64,000 bases of DNA from Coraliomargarita sp. (GCA_965216325.1 OZ244160.1:384001-448000), one strand, 5' to 3'; counted from the first letter of the stretch, positions 13,901 to 22,994 are shown. Program-made: numbers and translations. Notes: a model not told the origin generated them from the sequence alone.

Positions 13901-14910
13901 CAATCGGTCATGTAGTCGAGCGGAAAGAGATTGGCAGCCCGTTCGAGATGACTGGAGAAGCCGAAAGTTGTTAAATCACTGCTATGGAAGCCCTTTGTAT
14001 TTAGGATTTTAAATGCAAGGTAATGCTCTTCTGCTTTTACTTCAAAGAGCACAGCAAATGGGCCATTCGTAAGTAAAAGTTTACCGTTTTTAAATTGGGC
14101 ATTGCCAAGTCGATAGTTTTCAAAGGCCTTAGTTTCATGATTAAATCCGCTGACTTGGAATTCAGGTAAATCCTTGTTCTTTTTAATTAATTCTTTTCCG
14201 CCATACTTAAATGATGTGAATTGACCATTATTACTGATTTCCAGGGAGTACCTACTTGTTTCTATACGGATGGGGTCTGCCTTGGATTTTACTACTTTTT
14301 GTACTTTTTTATACCATTTACCTTTCACCAACTTTGCCTTGAGGTCATTCCACTTTGCTTTGCCCGGCACCTTAATACTTTGTGAGCTTGGAATCAGTGC
14401 AAAGCTACCCATTGGAACCGTTTCACTTCTTTTCCATAACCAGGGCAGGGATACTTCTATACCCTTCTCAGCCTTATCACATTCTGTTACATAGTCGAGG
14501 GGGACTGCTTTAAGCGATGCGTCACAGTTAAGTCCCAATTTCAGCCAGAGTTGATTTTTCTTTGAAAGCCCTTGCACGCGTTTTACACTAAAAACAAGTC
14601 CACCATGCTTTTCTGTCACTTCAATCGTGATGCTGATGTGGTTATTTTTTGCTATTAAGTTGCTACCATCGTAGCTTAGTTGATTGAGATGAATGCTTAG
14701 TGGGCGAAACTCGTTGTACGCAAAACCACACACTTCAAACCCTTTACCAGGATCACGAACATTGAGTAATTCTTTGCCATGGTGGGTGAGGGACTCTGGC
14801 TTACCATCTGACGCAAATTTCATCGTCATATTTGCCGTTTTTATTTCAGTGGCATTGACGTATGAGAACGCCATAGCGATCATTGCGAGTTGTAATAGTA
14901 ATCTTTTCAT
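10966..14910 (-). CDS. Large secreted protein of an unassigned GH-like family (paralogue 1), with duplicated N-terminal domain and inserted jelly-roll domain
   Basis: Signal peptide; shares PHPKxxGEWTVER, YxHxxTW, FQIGDELI, DGxEVH and GDGSGAxLVV blocks with 29898..32942 and 61697..64000. Confidence 0.75.
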   Translation of the reverse strand: MKRLLLQLAMIAMAFSYVNATEIKTANMTMKFASDGKPESLTHHGKELLNVRDPGKGFEVCGFAYNEFRPLSIHLNQLSYDGSNLIAKNNHISITIEVTEKHGGLVFSVKRVQGLSKKNQLWLKLGLNCDASLKAVPLDYVTECDKAEKGIEVSLPWLWKRSETVPMGSFALIPSSQSIKVPGKAKWNDLKAKLVKGKWYKKVQKVVKSKADPIRIETSRYSLEISNNGQFTSFKYGGKELIKKNKDLPEFQVSGFNHETKAFENYRLGNAQFKNGKLLLTNGPFAVLFEVKAEEHYLAFKILNTKGFHSSDLTTFGFSSHLERAANLFPLDYMTDCEKKPWGEAHVRWKWMWATGKDLPRGGFAFIPAATDDEYDEALHHIWVKENLPHPKIKGEWTVERSKQWVKEWQKKNMDRSRFLLTAHSMDDLFYLADKAEQLDMKEIYLHTDTWRDEYWPTQRGFLTVNPKIFPNGEKDFQRFSGYLKEKNIGLAIHTLSCPIANADPDYIKPTIDPRLAGWINGTLAKPASATDKTLYFKAPPGSELPTIERAIAGPESVEPWNNINTFQIGDELIAVKSFSETDTGVWKLNNCNRGSYHTKASEHKVGTKAKGLLKSYGIVFVPGNDTDLVEEVARRYAEFCERNGVTHCEQDGGEVHRAENPWGYHKFTEYVYKNLGHMVTSNNSGGGPMPSQMEYKFRSSQGVVKNRTGSTFGINLDYHARVSTGPYDNSPTWSAAAAHGQLTYSMQKNEPMFGITRDILSSHGLVDTFIEKQNHWKKATKLLDDTQRKRILSKREVLYHRSATHEIFDIDKTDLGYAITPKQLMRREGIEIPWATGSEFGAITPRQYVQSGDALELNNPYPESEPEVIVRVLPAQGEGQTNSPQKRQEINKKANDAISTYNIGAGLKKERHPLESAKHIWVAGGEPKVGHCWMRKKFTLKEQPVSGFLFFHADDSVEVFVNGHQATHMGGWESGYIVDVHKYLKKGDNLLAAKVHNTAGDGCFTGAITIETGKETLSFLTDKTWLTSSKSQSEWNQIKFDDSKWKGAHIVATFGKSVWPKVSMQPVSPSYTLQPKARQIRNLGDYQFSDAGNALRLRYNNQRSQVIKNEKFPSWRASGSMRGARGIGLTVDGDGSGAVLVVQVFAGGHRDYIVPIDFKGKKDVVIPCGEVSWSDLRWGWRFGTKHMNYASVSQVSLGLGMIPKETNIDIQVSNLRLLVEQATELKNPEIKIGKGSLQVKGSIKTDQYLWFKGGSSAGVYDQNWNKLKDLPVVKNTFVAAKGNNRVVINAEEQKQSPWLECQFIVKDKPMLVK

Positions 14911-14916
14911 TTTTGA

Positions 14917-16217
14917 GGCTATTCGTAAAATCTTGTGAAGGAAGCGGTATAGATGTTCAAGACAGAGATGACATCACAGGAAGAACACTACGAGCAACTA
15001 TTGGGTTTGAGCGGAGCTTGGAAGGTATCCGCAGTGCAATTGGATTTAGGAGCTAAGCGTGTAGTGGTCGAGATTTACTATGACTTGTCACAGTCGCTGG
15101 AGTGTCCTGAGTGCGGAGGAGTCTGCCCTCACTATGACGACCGGGAGATGCGTGAATGGCGTCACCTGGACACAATGCAGTTTGAAACGATCCTGCGCTG
15201 TGAGGTGCCTCGCTGCAATTGCCCGGAACATGGCGTGAAGACCGTTCGTGTGCCTTGGGCAGGGAAAGGCTCAAGATTTACTCTGCTGTTCGAGTCCTTT
15301 GCCATAGACGTGCTTCAGGCCTGTTCGAGCGTGAAGGCCGCAGCTGAGTCAATGGGGCTAAACTGGCATCAGGTAAATGAGATCAGGCGTCGTGCAGTGG
15401 CCAGGGGGCTGGAGCGAAGACAGGCCGTGCCAGTCAATTACTTGGGCATTGATGAGAAGAGTTTTCGCAAGGGACACAACTACATCAGTCTGTTGACCGA
15501 TCTGGATCGCAGTCGGGTTCTGGATGTCGCCGAAGGTCGCGACGAGTCGGCATGCGACAAGCTCTTTGAGGGGCTAACCGAAGAGCAGCTAAAGGTAGTC
15601 AAAGCAGTCGCTATGGATATGTGGCGTGCCTATATCAAGGCCGCTGAATCCCACTTACCCGATGCGGACATCGTGCATGACCGCTTCCACATCAGCGCGC
15701 ACCTGAATCAGGCAATCGACAAGGTGCGTCGGCAAGAACACAAAGTCCTCTCCAGCCAGAACGACGACACGCTCAAGAAGAGTAAATATCTCTGGCTGAC
15801 GGGCTTTGAGAACCTCAGCGAAGAGATGCAGGTTCGCTTTGACCAGCTGCAGTCGCTCGGGTTGAAGGTGGGTCGTGCCTACGCGATCAAGGAAACCTTC
15901 GACCACTTTTGGGACTACACGTATCCGGCCTGCGCACGGAAGTTCTTTAACAAGTGGTATGGGTGGGCTCGCCGCAGCAAACTCGACCCCGTCAAACGCG
16001 TCGCCAAAATGATCAAAGAACACTTCGAGAACATCATCACCTATCTGAAACACCGAATCACCAATGCGGCAACAGAAGGCTTTAACGGTGTTATCCAAAG
16101 CATCAAAGCAAACGCCAGAGGCTTCAGGAGCTTTGAGAACTACAGAGTCGCCATCCTGTTCCAATGCGGAAAACTAGACCTCAACCCCTGATTCCTCACA
16201 GGAATTTACGAAGAACC
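14917..16217 (+). mobile_element. ISL3-family insertion sequence, intact
   Basis: IRL GGCTATTCGTAAAATCTTGTGAAGGAA; IRR revcomp GGTTCTTCGTAAATTCCTGTGAGGAA; 8-bp target duplication ATTTTTGA at 14909-14916 and 16218-16225. Confidence 0.96.
14953..16191 (+). CDS. ISL3-family transposase
   Basis: Zinc finger CPECG...CPEHG, LGIDEKSF, AMDMW, HDRFH, TNAATEGFN, ARGFRSF. Confidence 0.97.
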   Translation: MFKTEMTSQEEHYEQLLGLSGAWKVSAVQLDLGAKRVVVEIYYDLSQSLECPECGGVCPHYDDREMREWRHLDTMQFETILRCEVPRCNCPEHGVKTVRVPWAGKGSRFTLLFESFAIDVLQACSSVKAAAESMGLNWHQVNEIRRRAVARGLERRQAVPVNYLGIDEKSFRKGHNYISLLTDLDRSRVLDVAEGRDESACDKLFEGLTEEQLKVVKAVAMDMWRAYIKAAESHLPDADIVHDRFHISAHLNQAIDKVRRQEHKVLSSQNDDTLKKSKYLWLTGFENLSEEMQVRFDQLQSLGLKVGRAYAIKETFDHFWDYTYPACARKFFNKWYGWARRSKLDPVKRVAKMIKEHFENIITYLKHRITNAATEGFNGVIQSIKANARGFRSFENYRVAILFQCGKLDLNP

Positions 16218-16307
16218 ATTTTTGATTACCCTCAGGTGGTCTCATTCTTTAGACAGGCGACCCCTGCGTTGCCTTTTGTTTAATGGAAGGGGAGGCTGTC
16301 AGTTAAC

Positions 16308-18377
16308 TTAAAAGTCGCCCTTTGGGAATAGCGTGGTCCGCAGTAAGGTGGCGCCTGAGGGTTCGAGTGTGAGTTCTACTTGCGCACTCTCCACTTCGAG
16401 AGAGGTGGGGAAATCCGTGGCAATCGCACCTTTATTCAGTCCCCATGCTTGATCGCCTTCACCAAGCTCCCAGTTGGTCACTTTTCGGGCGGGCACGTTG
16501 ATTTGAATGGGGGATTGGCCGAAATCCCATGGATATCCCTGTCGCGGTGATTGGATGACTGTTATGTCGTCTGGGGTGAGCGTTGAGGAAAGCGCATAGG
16601 CCCAACCCACAGGATTCACCGGTAGGTATTGATAGGCCGGAAACTGAGGGCTTGCTTTACCCGCTGGAGAGTCCGTGGTGACGATCTGCTTGGCAGGTAC
16701 GGGATAGGAGAAAACCAGAGGGCCATAATTGATCGCCTGACCACGGCCAATGCGGTCGATGACGGGTGCTGCCTCAAACGCGATTGCCACTTGATCGCCG
16801 GCTTTGAAGACTCGCTTCAGTTCCGCAAAAAAGCTGCTTTCTTTGCCGCTAAGGATCGTTTTGCCGTTTAGGTTGATACTGTAGGATTCAGCCCAGCCAG
16901 GAACTCTGAGTGCCAGGGTGATCTCATTGGCTGGCGCATGATCGATTGCGATATTCACCGTGTGCTCAAAAGGATAATTGGTTTTCTGAGTCAGGGTCAG
17001 TTTGCCTTGTGGCATCGGTAGCTCGACCGTGCTTGGCAGGTAGAGTGCGACACTGGCACGATCGCCTTCGACCAGGCACATACGGTTGAGGAAGGTGGGG
17101 AACATACGGTGCACATTCCCGGTGCAGCACTCGGTATCATGGCCGGGGCGGTAACACATGCGACCTTGCCCCAACTTGCCCCAACCAGAGTCATTATTAT
17201 AGAAACTTGAGTCGTTTCTGCTGATGGGGACATTGGGGGTGCCGTAGTATTGGTGCGCCTTAAAATCGCTGGTGATGGAGCCAAATCCGGCGTTGTAGAG
17301 CACCTTCTCCATTTTATCCGCATACTTGGCATCTCCAGTCGCGAGCAAGGCATAGCCGGCACTCCAGTTGAAGTCGATGGCATTGCAGAGTTCGTGTGCT
17401 TGAATGGGGCTTTTGCCGCTTAATTCCTCAGTCGCGCTCGATAAGCCACATGCCAATTCATGTTGCTCGCTGAGCATCTCGAACGCGCGCTCGAATCCTT
17501 TGCGGTAGATCTCTTTGCCTGTAGCAGTGTAGAGAATCGCGGGAAGCTTTAGGAATTCGTGATAGGTAACCGCGTGTCCTTCCGGATCGACACCCTCCGC
17601 CATACCTTTGGCCGTCACCGTTGCGAGATCGGGGCCCGCTGTATGATAGAGGCGCTCCGCTGCATCGATATAAAACCTGTCCTGTGTAATTTCGAACAGC
17701 GTGCACAGGTGCTCAACATGGAGCAGCGCACGGGCATTGAAATCAAGCTTCTCCACCTTTCTGAAACTGGCGTTACGACTGTAGACCGTGCGATAGTGTT
17801 TTTCGATGGCAGCAAGGAGTTCTGAATCTTGAGTGTTTGCATATTCCTCAAACAAGATCCGCATAAAGACAACCATCGGCCACCAGTCATCCTCGATATT
17901 TTCGGCTCTCAGGGTTCCGTCCGCATCGGCATGATCCAGCACATAACGGATATTTTTTCGGACTCTTTCGAGCATTTCCGGCGACTCGTTTATATAGCCG
18001 CAGCGCAGTGCGCCATCGAGATAGTAACCGGTCTGTTCATAGGGCCACCAGCCGGATCCATATTGGCCGAACTCGCGATCTGCGACGTCCATGGGGCCGG
18101 TCCACATGCCGGTGTTGAACGGAAAGCCACTCTGCTCCGGGTGACCGGTGAGGCCGTCTTCCTGGCGCTGCATGAACTCCTTGGCCCAGCCATGCAGTCG
18201 AATCGAGCTGCTCTTCAGGTCATGACGTTTTGTGACCGTCTGTTCATTTTCTTTGTCTGATGTATTTGTCGTCGAACATGCCACAAAAAATGAAGCGCAT
18301 GTAGTGATTACAATTGAGGCTAGAGTTGCACTTGTTTTGAGGAAGCGACGGGGTGTGCGTGTGGGCGATGGATTCAT
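16308..18377 (-). CDS. GH127/GH146-like (DUF1680) glycoside hydrolase, probable lipoprotein
   Basis: WWPYEQTGY, GHAVT, HELCN, YADKMEKVLYNA, TECCTGNVHR, TNYPF, LRVPGWA, YGPLVF; FVAC lipobox-like motif. Confidence 0.85.
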   Translation of the reverse strand: MNPSPTRTPRRFLKTSATLASIVITTCASFFVACSTTNTSDKENEQTVTKRHDLKSSSIRLHGWAKEFMQRQEDGLTGHPEQSGFPFNTGMWTGPMDVADREFGQYGSGWWPYEQTGYYLDGALRCGYINESPEMLERVRKNIRYVLDHADADGTLRAENIEDDWWPMVVFMRILFEEYANTQDSELLAAIEKHYRTVYSRNASFRKVEKLDFNARALLHVEHLCTLFEITQDRFYIDAAERLYHTAGPDLATVTAKGMAEGVDPEGHAVTYHEFLKLPAILYTATGKEIYRKGFERAFEMLSEQHELACGLSSATEELSGKSPIQAHELCNAIDFNWSAGYALLATGDAKYADKMEKVLYNAGFGSITSDFKAHQYYGTPNVPISRNDSSFYNNDSGWGKLGQGRMCYRPGHDTECCTGNVHRMFPTFLNRMCLVEGDRASVALYLPSTVELPMPQGKLTLTQKTNYPFEHTVNIAIDHAPANEITLALRVPGWAESYSINLNGKTILSGKESSFFAELKRVFKAGDQVAIAFEAAPVIDRIGRGQAINYGPLVFSYPVPAKQIVTTDSPAGKASPQFPAYQYLPVNPVGWAYALSSTLTPDDITVIQSPRQGYPWDFGQSPIQINVPARKVTNWELGEGDQAWGLNKGAIATDFPTSLEVESAQVELTLEPSGATLLRTTLFPKGDF

Positions 18378-18386
18378 GTTTTTTCT

Positions 18387-18462
18387 AGACTACAGAAGCA
18401 TTCCCATCCTGTAAATACGGCCAATCGACCGTGTTTACAATATGACTTGTTGGGTGTAATCT
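18387..18462. promoter_or_regulatory. Operator palindrome 1 (18415-18434) inside a bidirectional sigma70-type promoter
   Basis: ATACGGCCAATCGACCGTGT; rightward TTTACA-17-TAATCT; leftward (minus strand) TTTACA-17-TAGTCT. Confidence 0.8.
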
Positions 18463-18674
18463 TCGTGGTAATTTTGGAATCCAAGTAATTAATTATGAAA
18501 AATACGACGCGCTCGAACGCGCGCTGCCACAACGACCTTTTCCGAGGTGCTTCCAACTCTAACGCGGCGATGCAGTCGATCCCCCGTCGGGCATTCATTA
18601 AAGCTGCTGCTGCCGCTACGGGCGCTTTCGTCCTGCCGCGCTTCAGTATCGGCCAACCCGGCCCGGCTGCCAAC
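18387..18674 (+). repeat. 288-bp promoter+RBS+Tat-leader cassette, copy 1
   Basis: Ungapped match to 21428-21715 with about 12 mismatches counted by eye. Confidence 0.95.
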
Positions 18675-19931
18675 AGCAAGATCAACCTAGCCTGGGTGGG
18701 TTTCAACAACATGGGCTTTTATGATCTGAATATCTGCGCCCACGGAAACAATGTGGTGGCCCTTTGCGACGTGGATCAAGAGGTTTTAGAGAAAGGAAAG
18801 AAGAAGTATCCCAATGCAAAGGTCTATACGGACTTCCGCAAGATGCTGACAGAGATGGACAACCAGATCGATGCCGTCGGTATAGCAACACCAGACCACA
18901 CCCATTTTGCCATCACGGCCATGGCCATGGGCATGGGCAAACACGTGTTCGTAGAAAAGCCCTTGGCTCACTCCGTGAGCGAGGTCAACGCCCTCAAAAA
19001 GCTGGCGACTGAAAAGCAGGTCGTCACTACAATGGGCAATCAGGGACACGCCTTCGAAGGGGCCTTTATGACCAAGGAGTGGTACGAAGCTGGTTTGATA
19101 GGCGAAGTACGCGAGGTGGTGTGTTGGACCAATCGTCCCGCAAATGGATATGGGTTCAGGATGGGGGACTGGAAGGGGTATCCCGAGGCAACCCCTGTGC
19201 CAAACCACCTCGACTGGGATCTTTGGAAAGGCCCTGTGACCAAAGATATCCCCTACAACGGTGCATTTCACCCCGGGTTCTGGAGGGGCTGGTGGGACTT
19301 CGGCTGCGGCGCCCTTGGGGATATCGGTTGCCATACCATCGACGCCCCCTACTGGGCATTGGGTTTGGATCAACCCGAAAGGATCGAGGTCGAGATGGAC
19401 GGAGAGCCCAACCCCTTCTTCACCCCAGCTGGTTCCATCGTAACCTACCACTTCCCGGCCCGGGGCAAGCAGCCTCCCGTCAAAGTCAAATGGTTCGAGG
19501 GCCCAAAACGACCACCTAAACCACCGGGATTCACCGGCAAAATGTCGCACGAAGGCGGTATGTTCATGCTGGGCTCAAAGGGCATGATCTTCCATAACGG
19601 CATGAGGCCACAAAGCGTTCGCTTATACCCCGATGATTTTTGGCAGGAGTATCGCACCAACGTTTCCAAGCAGGTTCCCAAAACCCTCAAGCGGATCCGA
19701 GGAGGCATCCACGGCCACTGGTTAGACTGTATCCGATACGGTGGCACCGCCCACTCCGACTTCAGCTATACCGCTCCCCTCACCGACATCATCATCAAGG
19801 GGACCTTGGCAATCCGAACCGGAAAAGGCATCAAAGTCGCTCCCGATGGAACCATCAGCGGTAATCCTCAAGCTGAGGCTCTGGTGGATGTTCCCGCCCG
19901 CAAAGGTTGGAGATTGGAAGACTTGGTTTAG
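18495..19931 (+). CDS. Gfo/Idh/MocA oxidoreductase, Tat-exported (paralogue 1)
   Basis: PRRAFIK Tat motif; ALCDVD, ATPDHTH, HVFVEKPL, MGNQGH, WRGWWDFGCGALGDIGCH. Confidence 0.95.
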   Translation: MKNTTRSNARCHNDLFRGASNSNAAMQSIPRRAFIKAAAAATGAFVLPRFSIGQPGPAANSKINLAWVGFNNMGFYDLNICAHGNNVVALCDVDQEVLEKGKKKYPNAKVYTDFRKMLTEMDNQIDAVGIATPDHTHFAITAMAMGMGKHVFVEKPLAHSVSEVNALKKLATEKQVVTTMGNQGHAFEGAFMTKEWYEAGLIGEVREVVCWTNRPANGYGFRMGDWKGYPEATPVPNHLDWDLWKGPVTKDIPYNGAFHPGFWRGWWDFGCGALGDIGCHTIDAPYWALGLDQPERIEVEMDGEPNPFFTPAGSIVTYHFPARGKQPPVKVKWFEGPKRPPKPPGFTGKMSHEGGMFMLGSKGMIFHNGMRPQSVRLYPDDFWQEYRTNVSKQVPKTLKRIRGGIHGHWLDCIRYGGTAHSDFSYTAPLTDIIIKGTLAIRTGKGIKVAPDGTISGNPQAEALVDVPARKGWRLEDLV

Positions 19932-19942
19932 GGGGAACGATC

Positions 19943-20671
19943 ATGAGAAACTGGCTTGTGGCGATGGTTGTGAGCGTGAGCATCATCATGCCGATGACTC
20001 TTACGGCGACTGAAAAAGACGAAGCTTGGGTCGATCTACTGGAGGATGGACTGAACGCATGGGGAGATTCACGGGGCTGGACCACGGCAGACGAGGTCGT
20101 GGTCAACCCAGACCATGAACAACAGCTGAAGGTGACCAAGGCCGGCAAATCCATAGCGGTGGTGGCAAAGAAAAGCCGAGCTGCCTACTTGCTGACGAAG
20201 GAGATGCATGGAGACCTTGAAGCAAAGATCGAGTTTATGGTACCGAAAGGTTCGAACTCTGGAATCTACTTCATGGGCCGATACGAGGTTCAGATTTTTG
20301 ACAGCTTTGGCAAAAAGAATGTCAATCACAGTGACTGCGGCGGAATCTATCAACGTTGGGGCAAGCACCGCGATAACGGTCATCCACCGAGAGTCAACGC
20401 ATCTAGCGCCCCTGGAACTTGGCAAAGCTATGAAGTGATCTTCCGCGCACCCCGCTTTGATACCAAGGGCAAGAAGACCGAGAACGCAAAGTTCATCAAG
20501 GTGGTGCACAACGGCAAAGTGATCCACGAAAACGTAGAGGTCACTGGACCTACTCGGTCGGCCATGAAAGAGATGGAACCAGAAGAAGCAAAAGGCCCCA
20601 TCCGAATCCAGGGCGATCACGGCCCCGTCGCTTTTCGCCTATTCAAGATTCGTCATATCCAATCAGACTGA
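19943..20671 (+). CDS. DUF1080 (3-keto-disaccharide hydrolase-like) protein
   Basis: Signal peptide from ATG 19943; NSGIYFMGRYEVQIFDS, PGTWQSYEVIFRAPRF, GPIRIQGDHGPVAFR. Confidence 0.92.
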   Translation: MRNWLVAMVVSVSIIMPMTLTATEKDEAWVDLLEDGLNAWGDSRGWTTADEVVVNPDHEQQLKVTKAGKSIAVVAKKSRAAYLLTKEMHGDLEAKIEFMVPKGSNSGIYFMGRYEVQIFDSFGKKNVNHSDCGGIYQRWGKHRDNGHPPRVNASSAPGTWQSYEVIFRAPRFDTKGKKTENAKFIKVVHNGKVIHENVEVTGPTRSAMKEMEPEEAKGPIRIQGDHGPVAFRLFKIRHIQSD

Positions 20672-21064
20672 AGGCTTTTTCATCTCTCACAGTATCTCTA
20701 TCGTCTTAAAATCACTATTTTCTATGACATAGTTGGTACCTTGTCGGTGATTTTGATGTAAGAACTATTAAACCCGAGCAAATCGGTTTCAATCCAGAAG
20801 CTCAGGGCATGGATCAGTAGGTCATCGGGGGCCAGGTGCACCTCGAAAGGATCGATTGCCACGAGATACAATCCATCTGGAGGAGTATGATATCACCACC
20901 GAAACGACTCACCCCTTGGCACCTAATGTCTATATTGAAAAGGGAGTGTCCTTTTCGCTGCTAGACAGGGCAGAGGGCAAAAAGTCGTCTTTAAGCTCTT
21001 TCGAGTGAATACGCCAGGAAGATAGGTTGATTAATTTGGTACAACTTCTCTTATAAGCAAAATC

Positions 21065-21347
21065 CTATCCTTTTATACCCTTCTCCCGCGAAACCACTTT
21101 GCTTCTAGAGCCCGTGGTTCTGGGATTCGATTGGGTCGAGGGGCGGATTGAAGGCCGAGTCGGCTTAATGGCTGAGGGCCTTTCCATTTTCTTTTTAGGA
21201 GTGATATTGCTTGTGGTGGCTGAAGATATGCTAGTTGGTTCTCGAGGCTCATCATCCTTAACCTCAAGGACAAAAGAATGCCCGCAAGCCTTGCATGTCA
21301 CACTCTGTCCAAGCCATGACGATTTGATTTGGTGGATTTTTTGGCAC
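21065..21347 (-). pseudogene. Zinc-ribbon protein remnant
   Basis: Minus frame reads CQKIHQIKSSWLGQSVTCKACGHSF followed by a Pro/Ser/Thr-rich linker; the 5' end is replaced by a sulfatase-derived patch. Confidence 0.5.
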
Positions 21348-21427
21348 TGGGGAAGCTCACATGTACAAGACTGCGATATCCTGATCTTGCAGCGCTTTAA
21401 ACTATGGGTGTCCTTGTTTCCTTTCCC

Positions 21428-21503
21428 AGACTACAGAAGCATTCCCATCCTGTAAACACGGCCAATCGACCGTGTTTACAATATGACTTTTGGGGTGTAG
21501 TCT
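21428..21503. promoter_or_regulatory. Operator palindrome 2 (21456-21475) inside a bidirectional promoter
   Basis: TGTAAACACGGCCAATCGACCGTGTTTACA; TTTACA-17-TAGTCT on both strands. Confidence 0.8.
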
Positions 21504-21715
21504 TCGTGGTAATTTTGGAAGCCAAGTAATTAATTATGAAAAGTACGACACACTCGAACGCGCGCTGCCACAACGACCTTTTCCGAGGTGCTTCCCACTC
21601 TAACACGGCGATGCAGTCGATCCCCCGTCGGGCATTCATTAAAGCTGCTGCTGCCGCTACGGGTGCCTTCGTCCTGCCGCGCTTCAGTATCGGCCAACCC
21701 GGCCCGGCTGCCAAC
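21428..21715 (+). repeat. 288-bp promoter+RBS+Tat-leader cassette, copy 2
   Basis: Matches 18387-18674 at offset 3041. Confidence 0.95.
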
Positions 21716-22972
21716 GGTAAGTTGAATCTCGCATGGATTGGTTTAGGGGGGCAAGGTTCGCGTGATATCCGCGCTTGCGCAAATGGTAATAATGTGGTGG
21801 CCTTAGTGGATGTGGACCCCAGAGCCTTAGAAAAAGCAAAGGCTGCCTTTCCGAAGGCCAAATTCTACCAGGATTTCCGTGTCATGTTTGAGGAAATGGG
21901 AGATTCCATAGATGCTGTCGGCGTCGGGACCCCGGATCACACTCACTTCGCTGCCACCTATATGGCCATGAGTATGGGGATGCATGTCTTTGTGCAGAAG
22001 CCGCTGGTTCATACGATTCAGCAGGCCCGCATTTTGCAGGAGCTGGCAATTGATAAAAAGCTGGTGACCCAGATGGGTAATCAGGGGCATGCCTCGGGGG
22101 GAGCCCGCCTGGTCAAAGAATGGTATGAGGCTGGCCTGATCGGCGAGGTTCGAGAGGTCGTGGCATGGACCATTCGGCCTAGTCATGGTTATGGATTCGG
22201 CGGGAAGGTTCAAACTGCTTTTCCGGCGGCTGAACCCATTCCCGAAGGAATGGACTGGAATCTCTGGTTGGGGCCATGTGACAAGGAGATCGCATTCAAT
22301 CGCTCGTTCCACCCAAGGGGATGGCGAAAGTGGTGGGATTTCGGCTCCGGTGGACTCGGTGATATTGGTTGCCACACCATCGATACGGCCTACTGGGCGC
22401 TCGGTCTCGGTGCACCTGATAGCGTTGACGTGGAGATGCATGACGAGGTGAATCCAATCTTCACGCCCTATGGGTCTGTTGTCCATTTCAACTTCCCCGC
22501 ACGCGGCAAGCAACCACCCGTCACGGTAAAGTGGTATGAGGGGCCGACCCGCCCGCCGCTTCCTGAAGGCTATGACCAGGGATTGGAAGGAGAGGGTGGA
22601 TTGATGATTGTTGGTGAAAAGGGCGGAATTTGTCATCACGGGATGCGTCCAGATAGTCCAAGGCTCTATCCGCAGGAAAAATGGGACGCATACAAGGCGA
22701 ACCCTGAGCTCCGCGTCGCCAAGACACTCCCACGAACAAAAGGGATTTATCGAGATTGGATCGATGGCATCAAGAACGGTAAGGAAACATGCTCAGATTT
22801 CAGCTACGCAGCACCGTTGACCGAGACGATTCTACTCGGTACCCTTGCTATTAGAACCGGGCAAAAACTCACGTGGAATGCGAGTGATATGACAATCCGC
22901 GACAACGAAGCTGCTTCGAAGTTGATCAACCCTGAAGCACGTAAAGGTTGGCGCATTGAAGACCTCGCCTAG
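21536..22972 (+). CDS. Gfo/Idh/MocA oxidoreductase, Tat-exported (paralogue 2)
   Basis: PRRAFIK; IGLGGQG, GTPDHTH, HVFVQKPL, QMGNQGH, WWDFGSGGLGDIGCH. Confidence 0.95.
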   Translation: MKSTTHSNARCHNDLFRGASHSNTAMQSIPRRAFIKAAAAATGAFVLPRFSIGQPGPAANGKLNLAWIGLGGQGSRDIRACANGNNVVALVDVDPRALEKAKAAFPKAKFYQDFRVMFEEMGDSIDAVGVGTPDHTHFAATYMAMSMGMHVFVQKPLVHTIQQARILQELAIDKKLVTQMGNQGHASGGARLVKEWYEAGLIGEVREVVAWTIRPSHGYGFGGKVQTAFPAAEPIPEGMDWNLWLGPCDKEIAFNRSFHPRGWRKWWDFGSGGLGDIGCHTIDTAYWALGLGAPDSVDVEMHDEVNPIFTPYGSVVHFNFPARGKQPPVTVKWYEGPTRPPLPEGYDQGLEGEGGLMIVGEKGGICHHGMRPDSPRLYPQEKWDAYKANPELRVAKTLPRTKGIYRDWIDGIKNGKETCSDFSYAAPLTETILLGTLAIRTGQKLTWNASDMTIRDNEAASKLINPEARKGWRIEDLA

Positions 22973-22994
22973 AGTTCGGGGAGGCCGCGATCGG

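Noticed and set aside
20672..21064. Non-coding stretch after the first DUF1080 gene as possible ncRNA or gene
   Set aside because: No convincing ORF, repeat or structure seen; probably decayed sequence.
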